A stretch of 63,940 nt of DNA, filler included, from an uncultured archaeon (GTDB taxonomy: Archaea > Iainarchaeota > Iainarchaeia > Iainarchaeales > 1-14-0-10-31-34), in assembly GCA_964442255.1 (NCBI GenBank). It is 3 parts of 3 records of this genome, joined end to end, with 100 filler letters (N's around TTAATTAATTAA, not from the genome) between each part and the next. Parts side by side here need not be neighbours in the genome. Positions count along the whole stretch, not along the records: positions 1 to 27,538 come from CAYTYC010000019.1; 2 more parts are not named here. One strand, 5' to 3'. The notes below the pieces were generated by a model, which was not told the DNA's origin, did no database searches, and saw only the letters and a program-made list of their open reading frames with translations. Made by a program: the position numbers and the translations under genes. Numbering within the stretch: position 1 is the first letter of the stretch; each line of letters opens with the position of its first letter. Positions 10,601 to 19,351 of the stretch are shown piece by piece.

Positions 10601-10689
10601 GGAACCTGCGCGCCCTGCGCAAAAACGATTCCGGAAAATAAAATAACCAGAATTAAAGCAAAAGCCATTGAAACATTGTTTTTTTTCAT
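7672..10689 (-). CDS. Large secreted FN3 protein with C-terminal Lon-type (S16) protease domain
   Basis: Signal peptide, Q/G/A-rich linker, FN3; C-terminal EGGSAGAAL...VAVTGAIEQNGEIRAVDGIPEK with Ser-Lys dyad. Confidence 0.8.
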   Translation of the reverse strand: MKKNNVSMAFALILVILFSGIVFAQGAQVPPNQQNTFNVLNTVLQQSQQPAPSQPAQPGGAQPPGAGGSGAAGTITGAGSGAAGTITGAGSAAAGTALGGAAAVSSGTALLPEPQNVKAVWLNSGQQVMVSWDAVSGADKYEVFFKTDSSAAAVSASSGQIIHLNFLHLNGGKDYWYSVTAFDSSTGRGSSSAYVMVGAGSTSTSPTTPTLPPETPFKDLWIGKLLDEEAKEYSCNMFNPDDPLNGKAYGVCFPGTAKTGKIKFPIENASVDSGASNVFVGIYKGFSGRELPLDAKQNEAYITKKLQNGESIEWSRVGANGFDFFFEKGQESFEFSVEGWDEETPFRVYVCQNKEAGGNLCDYFINEKSELEYRVTYVEPNLEAASLTVTKDRGTALDEGALDTGPVLPEPIGPTPTAPVLTPCTECNSIQSCLACLDEGFVRNLFQKRLELVSGYKNLSTGEIVRVKEPEELDALSANAPVQLSAALSSSGVLLEWEGGTGKRFEVLVHSDSSEGPGTPNEVNVLSLPSTFRLYRVPEGQTSFSQAGEKSNYEYSIRAIGEDGTESVFFGHWVKAGEKWRKIGDASDESVKGIELPSPGAEPIIPPSGEALDEREYVVLSFLLADGDTAQIPGTEFDLKVDIKSEWTRLWDDWVNVEVLSRGTGTIVCGVNHLHRVRGDFGRMNEKFIECPDKFGMILEYVSFEDNETKVRLNAMYNKEKAVHSEQIAAASTVRGYEFPAKIGAYVFPGTNYKVHVIDSLHNSIDVEFLENDVSFCGAKGINDNSILLGQRTNVKKKTNCRTLGTVYYIYLGSTTFWVFFDSKGFFSSTINVVSVNLLYEGNVGIARVEIREGTAGEKKVSFGIKDALIGLMLRRSAETAAEVAENVTGESLTGKEVVYSMDEWDAFIAEGGSAGAALTIAAIGAIRGENPRRDVAVTGAIEQNGEIRAVDGIPEKLEAWALEGGKVFLVPASQKTPELVEKGRIFGMEVKGVSTIEEAVEEFF
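10409..10489. repeat. Intragenic 33-bp tandem repeat (~2.5 copies, encodes GSGAAGTITGA)
   Basis: Unit gcagccccgcttcctgctccggtaatggttccc. Confidence 0.85.
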
Positions 10690-10699
10690 TCAATCATCC

Positions 10700-12658
10700 T
10701 CATGGATTCAATACAACAATGAAGTTGCCTGCAATATTTGGGTCAATGCTCATCTGAAAGCTCCAGTTAAGGGAAACCCCCCCTAAATTGCCTGTCTGGT
10801 GGAATCGCGCAGTCGGACCGCTTTGCACTGCCCCTTCAATGTAAGGGTATTCAAACTGCCCGCCTCCTGTTAAGGCATCCAGTTCCTGCGGTGTTAAGCC
10901 TGCCTTGTCTGCAAGTGAATCCAATAAAGCAAGGCTTTCAGTTGAGCCTTCGTCCTTGAGTTTTTTTGCCGCAACCACGAGATTGTACCATGTCGGAGGA
11001 ATGCCGGAAGTGAAGCCCACTGCAGGTGAAGCGCTTAATTCAGTGATTAACTGCCTTTTTTCTGCGTGGATGTCGGAAGTATTCTGCAGCCCGATTCCGA
11101 ACAGTTTTCCCACTGCCGTTACAGCGGACTGTGCAGGAGCTATAGCGGTTCCGCCTGAAGGCCCTTCGCCAAAAGTTATTATATCCATTAATTCAACCCT
11201 CAGGACTTCATCAGGGGTGGCTGAATCCAAATCAAATTCAACTTCAACTGTCTGCTGAAGCCTGTCCAAGCCCTTCAAGTAAGCCTGGTTTCCTTTAAGC
11301 TCATGGGGAATAATTGTTCCGGAAAAAGGCTTTTTGAATGAAACCACGTTTCCCAAAGGCGTGCCCTCAATCGGGTAACTGAAATCAATCACGCCACGGA
11401 CGCTGTCCTTCAGGTAGGCAGCCAACACGTACTCGTAATCGCCTTTTCCTGTCATTCCGCTGAGCTGAACTGAAACATCATCATATCTGCTTGGGTCCGG
11501 GTTGAATGTTATCGTGTAGGCGTCATTTGGGAAGCCTCCCAGAAGCCTTATTTCGCATTTTCCCCAGTTATTTTTCTGGCTTTCAAGGTATTTTTTAACG
11601 TCATCCGGCTGGCTGTTGACAAAACTTTTTATTTCCCCGAAAAGCCCCTGTTTTTCCGGCTTCAGGTTAAAGCACAGGCACGGTGTTGAAGGATTGCTGC
11701 ATTCCCCCCCTGTCACAGTAAATGAAGAAGCCATGGTTGTAAATGGGTGGAAGTATATTTCCACTTTTACGGGCTTCTTTTTTTGCTGCTCATAGGTCGG
11801 CCCTAGCATGCCCCTTGCAGCACTGATGACGCCGGAGGAAGTTCCCTGCCCGAATTTCTGCGTCAAGGCAATTGCTGTCGCTTCATTGAACACCACAAAG
11901 CCCCCCACGCCGTAATAATATGTTTTACCGAAAAGGTCGGATTCAAATTCCCCCTGCCTGGTCGGCGGAAGGAAATAAACCCCCAAATCATATTTTTTTC
12001 CCGTAAATGGAACCGGCACATACGCCCTGTTTTTTTTCTCGTATTCCAAGAGAGCATCCGCCTGCTTAGGGGGTTTGGCGTGTATTATTTTTTCGTTGAC
12101 TTTATCCTTGTCCCAAACCTCCAGAGAACGGTTTCCGCCTGAAGCGAAAGACTGAAATGTTTCGCCTATTTCGTATTTTACGTTCAGCCTTTTCTTTTCC
12201 TTCTCTTCACTTCCGCTTATATGCATAAAATCATGATTGTTTATTCTGTAAACTATTGGCTTGTCGTCATTACGGTTGCCGGATACAGTATGGGGCCCGA
12301 CCACGCAGTAATAATATTTTCCGTAGCTTCCTTTACAGAAATTCATGAAATCCTCCAAAAGCCCCATGCTTTTCAAGGTGCCGTCAATCTTATTGATCTT
12401 GTTGCAGAGTTCCGCAACTTCGATTTCCGTGCATTGTGTTGAGAGATTAGCCAAATCAATATTCCAAACACCCCCAGTGGGAGGCGGAGAAGAAGGGTCA
12501 AACACTGCCAATGGAGCCTTAAAATATTTTCCAATTGAATCAAGGATGCTTGTTACCCCTTTCCCTCCCGGAAGTATGCTGACAACCCCGAGCCCCACCA
12601 CCGCAACAACTATGAGAACGATGATAAGAATGATTTGTATGACGCCCCTCTGGTTCAC
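10700..12658 (-). CDS. Large surface protein with class III (pilin-type) signal peptide-like N-terminus
   Basis: MNQRG^VIQIILIIVLIVVAVVGLG fits the archaeal [KR]G-hydrophobic prepilin pattern. Confidence 0.65.
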   Translation of the reverse strand: MNQRGVIQIILIIVLIVVAVVGLGVVSILPGGKGVTSILDSIGKYFKAPLAVFDPSSPPPTGGVWNIDLANLSTQCTEIEVAELCNKINKIDGTLKSMGLLEDFMNFCKGSYGKYYYCVVGPHTVSGNRNDDKPIVYRINNHDFMHISGSEEKEKKRLNVKYEIGETFQSFASGGNRSLEVWDKDKVNEKIIHAKPPKQADALLEYEKKNRAYVPVPFTGKKYDLGVYFLPPTRQGEFESDLFGKTYYYGVGGFVVFNEATAIALTQKFGQGTSSGVISAARGMLGPTYEQQKKKPVKVEIYFHPFTTMASSFTVTGGECSNPSTPCLCFNLKPEKQGLFGEIKSFVNSQPDDVKKYLESQKNNWGKCEIRLLGGFPNDAYTITFNPDPSRYDDVSVQLSGMTGKGDYEYVLAAYLKDSVRGVIDFSYPIEGTPLGNVVSFKKPFSGTIIPHELKGNQAYLKGLDRLQQTVEVEFDLDSATPDEVLRVELMDIITFGEGPSGGTAIAPAQSAVTAVGKLFGIGLQNTSDIHAEKRQLITELSASPAVGFTSGIPPTWYNLVVAAKKLKDEGSTESLALLDSLADKAGLTPQELDALTGGGQFEYPYIEGAVQSGPTARFHQTGNLGGVSLNWSFQMSIDPNIAGNFIVVLNP

Positions 12659-13212
12659 TGCCCTTCACCTCCGCAGATTTCCTGCAGGTCAAGGTAGTTG
12701 GCTTCCATTTTTTGGTTTTCTTCCCTTAAGTAAAGCACATAGGTTTCCAGTTCAGGGGGAGCGCTTTCCCTTTCCATTTCTTTTTCCAGCAGCCGCAGGG
12801 AGTTAGCATTGAGTTCATCCCTCTGCCTGAGGAGGTCAAGCACACCGCAGTAGTCAGGGAAGTGCTTGTCTATTTCCGCATTCAATGCTTCAATCTTCCT
12901 AAGGTTTAGTTCCAGGTTAACAATGGAAATGTTTTTTTCAAGGAAGTCAACAACTTTCTGCGGCTTTTTAAGGAAAAAGAAATGGTTTTCCGCTGAGGCA
13001 AGCTCCGCTTTCAGCGAATTCAAGGAGGAAACGCTTTTTCCTGAAAGGCCTGAAATGAAGTCTTCACTTTCTGTATCCAGGCCGTATTTTTCAAATATTG
13101 CGTTTGATTTTTTTATTTCCTCATCTGCGTTTCGGGGGTAAGTGACAAAAACAGCCGCAATAGCTATAACGACCAAAACTATCACTGCAACAATTTTCCT
13201 CATTTTTTTCAC
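12655..13212 (-). CDS. Membrane-anchored coiled-coil protein, distant paralog of the 207-aa pair
   Basis: N-terminal TM, helical body, similarly placed Cys pair (YC...LQEIC vs AC...LNELC). Confidence 0.7.
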   Translation of the reverse strand: MKKMRKIVAVIVLVVIAIAAVFVTYPRNADEEIKKSNAIFEKYGLDTESEDFISGLSGKSVSSLNSLKAELASAENHFFFLKKPQKVVDFLEKNISIVNLELNLRKIEALNAEIDKHFPDYCGVLDLLRQRDELNANSLRLLEKEMERESAPPELETYVLYLREENQKMEANYLDLQEICGGEGQ

Positions 13213-13836
13213 CTAAGCGCAGAGCTTCTCCAGTTCAGTAAGTGCTTCCTGCGATTTAAAGATTTCCTCCTGCAAAGAGGAATTGTCAAAATTATAATTG
13301 TTCAGGCCTGACTCCTCGGCCCCGGAAGGGTACTCGGAAACAAAGCCTTGAACCTCTAAACCCAAAAACTTTATTGCCTCAAAAAGGGATTCCGTTTTTG
13401 CCTGAATCAATTCCAGTTCGTCCAGCCTCCCGCAAACCGTTTCATCTGTCACCGGCACTGAATTGAATTCCGCAACGCTTTCATCCACGTCCTTTGCCTG
13501 CTTTAACTGCCCGACAAAGTTTAGCTGGATTCCCGCCAATTCCTTCAAAGCCTTTATATTTCCTGTTTCATTCACTCCCTGAAGCCCGGACTTAAACGCC
13601 TCCAAATCATTTTCCAATGCATCAAGCTGCCCTTCACTTATGTCTTTTGCCTCAATTTCATTCAAAGCCCTTGCATCCAGCCCGTGCTTTTCCCAGTAGC
13701 CTTTCAACTCCTGAAAGCCCTCCGAAAAGGTGAGGGACGGCTTGAATACTCCAAGCGGGTCAAAGAAATAGAATAATGCACCGGCTACAACCATCACCAC
13801 AACAATCCAAACAGCCTTTCCCACGGGTTCACCCAA
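13213..13836 (-). CDS. Membrane-anchored coiled-coil protein (paralog of 6952-7575)
   Basis: Same N-terminus as 6952-7575, diverged C-terminus. Confidence 0.75.
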   Translation of the reverse strand: MGEPVGKAVWIVVVMVVAGALFYFFDPLGVFKPSLTFSEGFQELKGYWEKHGLDARALNEIEAKDISEGQLDALENDLEAFKSGLQGVNETGNIKALKELAGIQLNFVGQLKQAKDVDESVAEFNSVPVTDETVCGRLDELELIQAKTESLFEAIKFLGLEVQGFVSEYPSGAEESGLNNYNFDNSSLQEEIFKSQEALTELEKLCA

Positions 13837-13892
13837 TTAAATTATTCTATTAATCAAAATATAAAGATTTTGGGCTTTAAAAGGCTTCTGGT
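13484..13892. repeat. 409-bp direct repeat, copy 2
   Basis: Offset 6261 bp from copy 1. Confidence 0.95.
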
Positions 13893-13898
13893 GGAAAA

Positions 13899-14567
13899 TT
13901 GGCGGCAGAGGAAGGCGCTGAAACCTATTCAAAGGAATACTTTAACCGGAACCGTTTCCTTGTGGGAACGCTGTTCAGGGGCGGTTATTCGGGTTACCGG
14001 GAAATGAAAAATGAAGGGGCATGGAAAATCAAGATAGAAAAGTTAGGCAAATACAAGCCCTCCGGCAGCGTGCTGGATATTGGCTGCGCATTCGGCTACT
14101 TCCTGCATTTTTTGCCTGAACACTACCAAAAATTTGGTTTGGATGTGTCGGGATACGCTATTGGGCAGGCAAAAAAAGAGGTTCCAAAAGCCGAATTCAA
14201 AAAAGGGGACATAACAAAAGAAAACCCGTTTAAAGGAAAAAGTTTTGACGCAATCACGATGTTTGACGTCATTGAGCACATTCCGGATATTACCGCTTTG
14301 CTGGAAAAAATTCATTCAATGCTGAAAGAAAAAGGAATATTCATTGTGATGACCCCGTCCCCCGGCCCCTTCCACAGGCTTATTTCAAGCCTCGGCATCG
14401 GGGTTTTATGGAACGACAAAAGCCATGTGAGCATTAAAAGCAGGGAAGAATGGCGCGATTTTTTCCGGAAACGCTTCAATGTGCTGGAAGAATTTCCGCT
14501 CACAATTTCCTCACATTACTTGTGGCCGTTCGAGATTTACTCTTTTTTTGTGCTGGAGAAAAAGTAA
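13899..14567 (+). CDS. Class I SAM-dependent methyltransferase
   Basis: VLDIGCAFG motif I; FDAITMFDVIEH. Confidence 0.9.
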   Translation: MAAEEGAETYSKEYFNRNRFLVGTLFRGGYSGYREMKNEGAWKIKIEKLGKYKPSGSVLDIGCAFGYFLHFLPEHYQKFGLDVSGYAIGQAKKEVPKAEFKKGDITKENPFKGKSFDAITMFDVIEHIPDITALLEKIHSMLKEKGIFIVMTPSPGPFHRLISSLGIGVLWNDKSHVSIKSREEWRDFFRKRFNVLEEFPLTISSHYLWPFEIYSFFVLEKK

Positions 14568-14584
14568 GGCTCTGGCGTTAGCCA

Positions 14585-14700
14585 ACCGCCGAAGGCGACT
14601 TTTTTGTCTTTTTGATCAAACATTTTATTAAAAAGTTTGATTTGGTAAACCTTTTTCAAGAAAGTTTTTGGCGTTTGACGAAGAAAAGTTTTTTAAAAGG
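14585..14700. repeat. REP-like repeat copy (same family as window ends)
   Basis: ccgccgaaggcgac...tttttgatcaaac...aaaagttt. Confidence 0.75.
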
Positions 14701-14727
14701 CTTCTGAACTGGCGATAAACTTAAGCA

Positions 14728-14955
14728 ATGGACAAACTGCCGGTAATTTCCTGGAAAAAACCAGTGAAAGCATTGGAGAAAGAAGGGTTTAAGGTTGACA
14801 GGCAAAAAGGCAGCCATTTGGTGTTAATAAATGAAGCCCAAAAGCGAAGGATAACCGTACCAAAATACAAGGAAATTCCAAAAGAAACCCTTAGGGCAAT
14901 TTTAAGGCAAACAGGAATTGAAAGGAGGAAATTCATTGAGAAGCCTTTCATATAA
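14728..14955 (+). CDS. hicA: HicA-family toxin
   Basis: KLPVIS...GFKVDRQKGSH...TVP...IPKETLRAIL. Confidence 0.85.
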   Translation: MDKLPVISWKKPVKALEKEGFKVDRQKGSHLVLINEAQKRRITVPKYKEIPKETLRAILRQTGIERRKFIEKPFI

Positions 14956-14984
14956 GTTATTGAGCCAAATTAATAAGTGAGAAA

Positions 14985-15194
14985 ATGGAATACAAGGTCG
15001 TAATTTCAAAAGACGAAGACGGGTTTTTTACTGCGGAATGCGTTGAGCTAAAAGGATGCATTTCCTGCGGGAAAACAAAAAAAGAGGCATTAAAGAACAT
15101 AAAAGAAGCAATTGAACTCTACTTGGAGAGTATCGAAAGCAGGGGAGAAAAGATCTGCAAAAGCAAATCAGAACTTGTTAAAGTAACAGTTTAA
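14985..15194 (+). CDS. hicB: HicB-family antitoxin
   Basis: DEDGFFTAECVELKGCISCGKTKKEALKNIKEAIELY. Confidence 0.9.
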   Translation: MEYKVVISKDEDGFFTAECVELKGCISCGKTKKEALKNIKEAIELYLESIESRGEKICKSKSELVKVTV

Positions 15195-15204
15195 ACGAGC
15201 AAAA

Positions 15205-15372
15205 ATGAAGGGATTTCCCATTAAAGCAAGAGAAGAAAAAGTGATGACTGAGAGACAAATCAAGGCACTAATGATAAGAGAACGTCAAAAAGAGATTGAA
15301 GTGCAACTCGAAATCTTAAGTGTTTTTAAGAATTTGTCCAAAGACTTGGCGAGGGTGCTAAAGCAAAGTTAA
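15205..15372 (+). CDS. Small hypothetical protein (55 aa)
   Basis: Own translation MKGFPIKAREEKV...RVLKQS, 10 nt after hicB; below ORF-track cutoff. Confidence 0.35.
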   Translation: MKGFPIKAREEKVMTERQIKALMIRERQKEIEVQLEILSVFKNLSKDLARVLKQS

Positions 15373-15378
15373 TTGTTT

Positions 15379-15489
15379 CTAAACTACGGCGGGTTAAAAC
15401 CCGCCGGTTTTTGTTTCCCGCAAACGGCTTGCGGGAATTCCGGTTCATTTACCAAGTGAAATGGGCGGGGTTCCCGGAAAGGGGTTTCT
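15379..15489. repeat. ~110-bp structured dispersed element, copy 1
   Basis: Alignable to 20393-20499; hairpins GGCGGGTT-AA-AACCCGCC and TTCCCGCAA-ACGGC-TTGCGGGAA. Confidence 0.75.
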
Positions 15490-16063
15490 AAACTACTTTA
15501 AACAATTCCAGAACGTAAACCAGCGCACCCACCAAAAGCCCTGCCAAAAGCATTGTTGCGCCGTGCGCCCAAACGTTTTCTTTCGCGATTTTTCCCACAA
15601 AAATTCCAAGCACAAACAATGAAAATGCGATTATCCCGAAAGAAAAAAGGTATGCAGTGAAAACGCTTATTGCGCCAAAATTTGCGAAAAAGAAGGGCGT
15701 GATGATTATTAACCCGACAAATGTTGAGCTCAATCCGTTTGCAAGGCCCATGACCAGGCTTAGTTTGCGGGAAATTTTTTCAATCCGGGTTTCCTTCAGC
15801 TTCCGCATCAAATGCCTTTCAAGCTCTTTTATGGAGCGGGTCTGCTCGGCTTTTTCCGCCGCATAACCCCCCCAGATTCCGGAAACCCCTGTCGCGATTA
15901 TTGCCCCCATGTTGGAGATAATAATTAGCGTGGCTTCCGTTATCCCCGAAATATAAAGCGCAATTATTATCCCCAAAACAGTGAGCGAGCCGTCAAAGGA
16001 ATTCATTACAACGTAACGGCGGATTATTTCGTTTTTTTTGAGTAAATCCTTTAAGGAAGGCAT
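15488..16063 (-). CDS. VIT1/CCC1-like membrane protein
   Basis: RRYVVMNSFDG...SGIWGGYAAEKAE, multiple TM; usual partner of DUF211. Confidence 0.85.
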   Translation of the reverse strand: MPSLKDLLKKNEIIRRYVVMNSFDGSLTVLGIIIALYISGITEATLIIISNMGAIIATGVSGIWGGYAAEKAEQTRSIKELERHLMRKLKETRIEKISRKLSLVMGLANGLSSTFVGLIIITPFFFANFGAISVFTAYLFSFGIIAFSLFVLGIFVGKIAKENVWAHGATMLLAGLLVGALVYVLELFKVV

Positions 16064-16069
16064 TCGCTT

Positions 16070-16393
16070 TCACTGCGGCTTTTCCATTAACGGAACCTCA
16101 ATTACCTTTTTCTTTCCGACAATCACCTTGTCCACGGAGTGAATCACCGCGCCATAGGAATCAATCAGCCCGGAAACCGCGTCAAAGTCAATGTCCGCGC
16201 CCTCCAGCGTAACCTTCACGGTTTCGGTTTTCTCGTCAATCGCGTAAACGGAAATGTTTGCGGAGTAAACGCTTTGGTGGGAGCACAGCGCTTTCCCCAA
16301 TTCCACTATGTTCGGCCTGTGCGGCTTTAAAACGTCTATCACGACAACTTTTATCGGCTGCTTTTTTGCCTTATCTGAAAGGTTTTTTGCCAT
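16070..16393 (-). CDS. DUF211 (COG1888) family protein
   Basis: VVIDVLKPHRP...GAVIHSVDKV. Confidence 0.9.
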   Translation of the reverse strand: MAKNLSDKAKKQPIKVVVIDVLKPHRPNIVELGKALCSHQSVYSANISVYAIDEKTETVKVTLEGADIDFDAVSGLIDSYGAVIHSVDKVIVGKKKVIEVPLMEKPQ

Positions 16394-16439
16394 AGGTTAA
16401 AGTAAAGGAAAAAGGGGTTAATAAGTTTTACTGCCTCCA

Positions 16440-16547
16440 GGCCCTGTAAAAATAATTCATAAAGGCAACTTTTTGAATTCACAAACTGCAAGAATCCGCC
16501 AATTGAAGGCATTTTAATTTTGTTCGCTATTTTCACTTCCTTCAGCC
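16440..16547. mobile_element. Decayed copy of the MITE-like element at 43310-43416
   Basis: ggccctgtaaaaataattcataaaggca...aaactgcaag aligns over ~80 bp; right end and TSD not recognisable. Confidence 0.55.
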
Positions 16548-16696
16548 ATGTTTTTGGGCGGGCTTCCCTTTCATAAATGGCATGGTGAACGTGGGCTTTC
16601 CGTTCACATTATGCGCGCATGGTTTGCCGCCTTACTCTTCTTCAGGCCCCCAACCGGTTTTCATCCGGGAACTCCTGCTTGTTGACCTGCTTTTCT

Positions 16697-16989
16697 GGTT
16701 CATCATTTTTTCTGCAATACTCAAATTTCGCGCCTGAAAATCCGGTTCATCATTTTTTCTGCAATACTCAAATTTCGCGCCTGAAAATCCGGTTCATCNN
16801 NNNNNNNNNNNNNNNNNNNNNNNNNNNNNNNNNNNNNNNNNNNNNNNNNNNNNNNNNNNNNNNNNNNNNNNNNNNNNNNNNNNNNNNNNNNNNNNNNNGG
16901 TTCATCATTTTTTCTGCAATACTCAAATTTCGCGCCTGAAAATCCGGTTCATCATTTTTTCTGCAATACTCAAATTTCGCGCCTGAAAA
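16697..16989. repeat. 47-bp perfect tandem repeat, at least 4 copies, spanning an N gap
   Basis: Unit ggttcatcattttttctgcaatactcaaatttcgcgcctgaaaatcc, no spacers. Confidence 0.85.
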
Positions 16990-17034
16990 GCTCGAAAAAC
17001 CTTATTTAAAGTGTTTTTTCCTTTAATTTTGTGC

Positions 17035-17784
17035 ATGAAGGCTTCACGCAATGGAAACCGCCTGACCTTTGAAGGAAAAGAGCTGGAAAAGCTGAAAATA
17101 GACGAGTCCATGGACTTTGAAATAGTGCAGGTAAAAGAAGGGGTTTTCATGATTGCGGGAGAAAAGCCCGGGGAACGCCCTGCCGATGAAAAAATTTTTT
17201 CTTATCTCCGCGGAAAGCCGCTGAAAAATCTGGTGGAAGGCGAATTTGAAAAGCTTTTGGACAGGGAAGAAAAGGAAAGGCTGAAGGAACTGCTTGCGGA
17301 AGGCGCCGTGGTAAAATTCAGGTTAAGCCCAAAGTACAAGAAGGCGGTTTACAGGCTCAAGGAAAAAGAGGGGAAAGGAAAAAGGCAGGAAGGAAAAGCA
17401 AGGCAGGGGAAAAGGGATTCCTCTTTCACCGAAAAAGAGCAGGAAATAGGTGAATTTTCCCTGGAAAAAAACGGCTTCATGGTGGTGAAAAACGAGTTGC
17501 GCGCGAAAAGGCTGAGCGAAGAATTAAAGGAAAGAATCAAAAGGCGGGAAGTAAGGGGAATAAAGGACTTTGACGGCTTTTATTACATCATTGAATCGGA
17601 TTTGTATGAAAGCGCTGCGCCAAAGGTTTTGGGCGCGCTGGGAAACGGCGGGGCGGAAAAATGCGAAGAGCTTTCAAGGAAACTGGACCTGAACAGGTTT
17701 CTGGTGAAAGGGGTGTGCGAGCTTTTGAAGGACGAAGGCGAGTTAATAGAGAAAAGAAAGGAGCAGTACCAGGCGATTAAATGA
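17035..17784 (+). CDS. Hypothetical protein, possible AbrB-like N-terminus and wHTH-like C-terminus
   Basis: ATG 17035 downstream of TTATTTAAA; host-like codon usage. Confidence 0.65.
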   Translation: MKASRNGNRLTFEGKELEKLKIDESMDFEIVQVKEGVFMIAGEKPGERPADEKIFSYLRGKPLKNLVEGEFEKLLDREEKERLKELLAEGAVVKFRLSPKYKKAVYRLKEKEGKGKRQEGKARQGKRDSSFTEKEQEIGEFSLEKNGFMVVKNELRAKRLSEELKERIKRREVRGIKDFDGFYYIIESDLYESAAPKVLGALGNGGAEKCEELSRKLDLNRFLVKGVCELLKDEGELIEKRKEQYQAIK

Positions 17785-17892
17785 AACTGAACTGGGGAGA
17801 AATAAAGGAAAAAGTTTTTGGGTGAATTAAAGGAATGCATGAAAATTGTTTGGGGATTGAATGAAGAAATTAAATTTTTTGGGGGGGATTGA

Positions 17893-18267
17893 ATGAAGGC
17901 ATTGATTCCGCTGTTAAGCAAGGATGAAACTGCCCCAGGCTTTTTTGAGCCCGCCGTAAAGGGCGCAAAGGAAGTGATCGGCTTGCTTGTTATTGACACC
18001 AACGCAATGCCCGGAAGCTTTGGGTTTGCTGCCTCGGAAATAAACAAGGGAAACTCTTTGATGCAGGATTTAAAGGAATTGGTGCACAAGAAAAAAAAGA
18101 AATTCGAGGAAATAACGGAATGGGGGGAAACCTTCACGAAAATAGACCACACCGCGTCCCTGCACAAAGTGGACGCAATCGTTTTAAGGAAACAGGACAA
18201 CCAGTACTTTGAGGAAATGGAGAAAAAGTTAAGGGAAAAATGGAAGGAAAAGCTGAAAGTCATTTGA
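17893..18267 (+). CDS. Hypothetical protein, weakly universal-stress-protein-like
   Basis: KALIPL...IGLLVID...VDAIVL alpha/beta pattern. Confidence 0.55.
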   Translation: MKALIPLLSKDETAPGFFEPAVKGAKEVIGLLVIDTNAMPGSFGFAASEINKGNSLMQDLKELVHKKKKKFEEITEWGETFTKIDHTASLHKVDAIVLRKQDNQYFEEMEKKLREKWKEKLKVI

Positions 18268-19345
18268 CGAACTTGACTTTCTTTGCCTGCTTCCTTGCTT
18301 TGGAGAATTTTTTATTGAAGCCCTTCATGAATTCTTTTACTTTCTTTTGCGTGAGCGCCTTGCATTCCCCGCACAACCGTTCCCCTGCCCTGCATTTGGA
18401 GTAAATGTCCTCCAATTCCTTATCATTCATGAAGTGCTGCTTGTCCAGTTCAAATTTAATGCATTTTTCCGGAATTCCACCCAGCTTTTTCTGCTTTTCC
18501 GCTGTTTCCCTTCCCCCTGTAACCGCGCGCCCGATTTTTTTGGCTGCAGACTCCGCGTCTTCGGGGATGTCAATGTTGAATTCGGGCTTGCTTTTCGACA
18601 TTTTAAAGTAGCCGTCCAAAGAGGGAGTGTATTTCACATAGAAAGCGGAGGGAAGGAAAAAGTTGTAATCGTTTTTCGTTCTCCGCGCAATGTCCCTTGT
18701 AAGGCGGATGTGCGGGCTCTGGTCAATGCCGACCGGAATAATCCCGGGCATTTTTTCCTTGAGCTGCGGGAAAAGAATGTCTCCAGCCTGCGTGAGCGCA
18801 GCAAAAATCCGTGAAGGCTCGGGTTGCCCGTAAATTGCGCGGAACTCGTTTAAGGTGATTTTCTTGGAGAAAAGGAATCCCAGGTTTTTTACCGCTTCAT
18901 TTTTGGACTGGAAGTAAAAAAGCGTCTTCTTTGGGTCCAAACCAAAGGCAATGTAAGCAGGAATAAAGAAATCCATTGCCCGCTTTTGCGCGGTTTCAAG
19001 GGAAATTCCCCTTGTGGCTGCGGACTCCAAATCAGCGATGAGAATATATGTTTTTGCTCCGCGCTCCTGAAAGTATTTCATGTTTTCAACAATCATCTTG
19101 TTCCCAAAATGCACTTTTTCGTTTGAGGGCATCATTCCTGTGAGGCAGTAAAACGGCTTTTTTGCGCTGATTGCGGAAGCGATTTGCTCCAGCCCTTGTC
19201 CAGCGAAAACCACTCCCCTCTTCATTAAAGAATTCGGTTTTGGAAACTTTGCAAGCGTTTTTTCATCAAACGCCTCCAGCCCAAATTCTTTTATCAGCCT
19301 TTCATAGTCCTTTACGAGCGTTGAGCCCCAGGGGTCAATCTGCAT
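18260..19345 (-). CDS. trpS: Tryptophan--tRNA ligase
   Basis: IDPWGS, HFGN (HIGH), PVGIDQSPH, KMSKS, AVTGGR, CGECK. Confidence 0.95.
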   Translation of the reverse strand: MQIDPWGSTLVKDYERLIKEFGLEAFDEKTLAKFPKPNSLMKRGVVFAGQGLEQIASAISAKKPFYCLTGMMPSNEKVHFGNKMIVENMKYFQERGAKTYILIADLESAATRGISLETAQKRAMDFFIPAYIAFGLDPKKTLFYFQSKNEAVKNLGFLFSKKITLNEFRAIYGQPEPSRIFAALTQAGDILFPQLKEKMPGIIPVGIDQSPHIRLTRDIARRTKNDYNFFLPSAFYVKYTPSLDGYFKMSKSKPEFNIDIPEDAESAAKKIGRAVTGGRETAEKQKKLGGIPEKCIKFELDKQHFMNDKELEDIYSKCRAGERLCGECKALTQKKVKEFMKGFNKKFSKARKQAKKVKFVK

Positions 19346-19351
19346 GCAAAA

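Noticed and set aside
7223..13892. Diversity-generating retroelement TR/VR pair
   Set aside because: No reverse transcriptase, only one mismatch in the repeat, and no adenine-specific variation
16697..16989. CRISPR array
   Set aside because: Repeats are contiguous with no unique spacers and no cas operon is present
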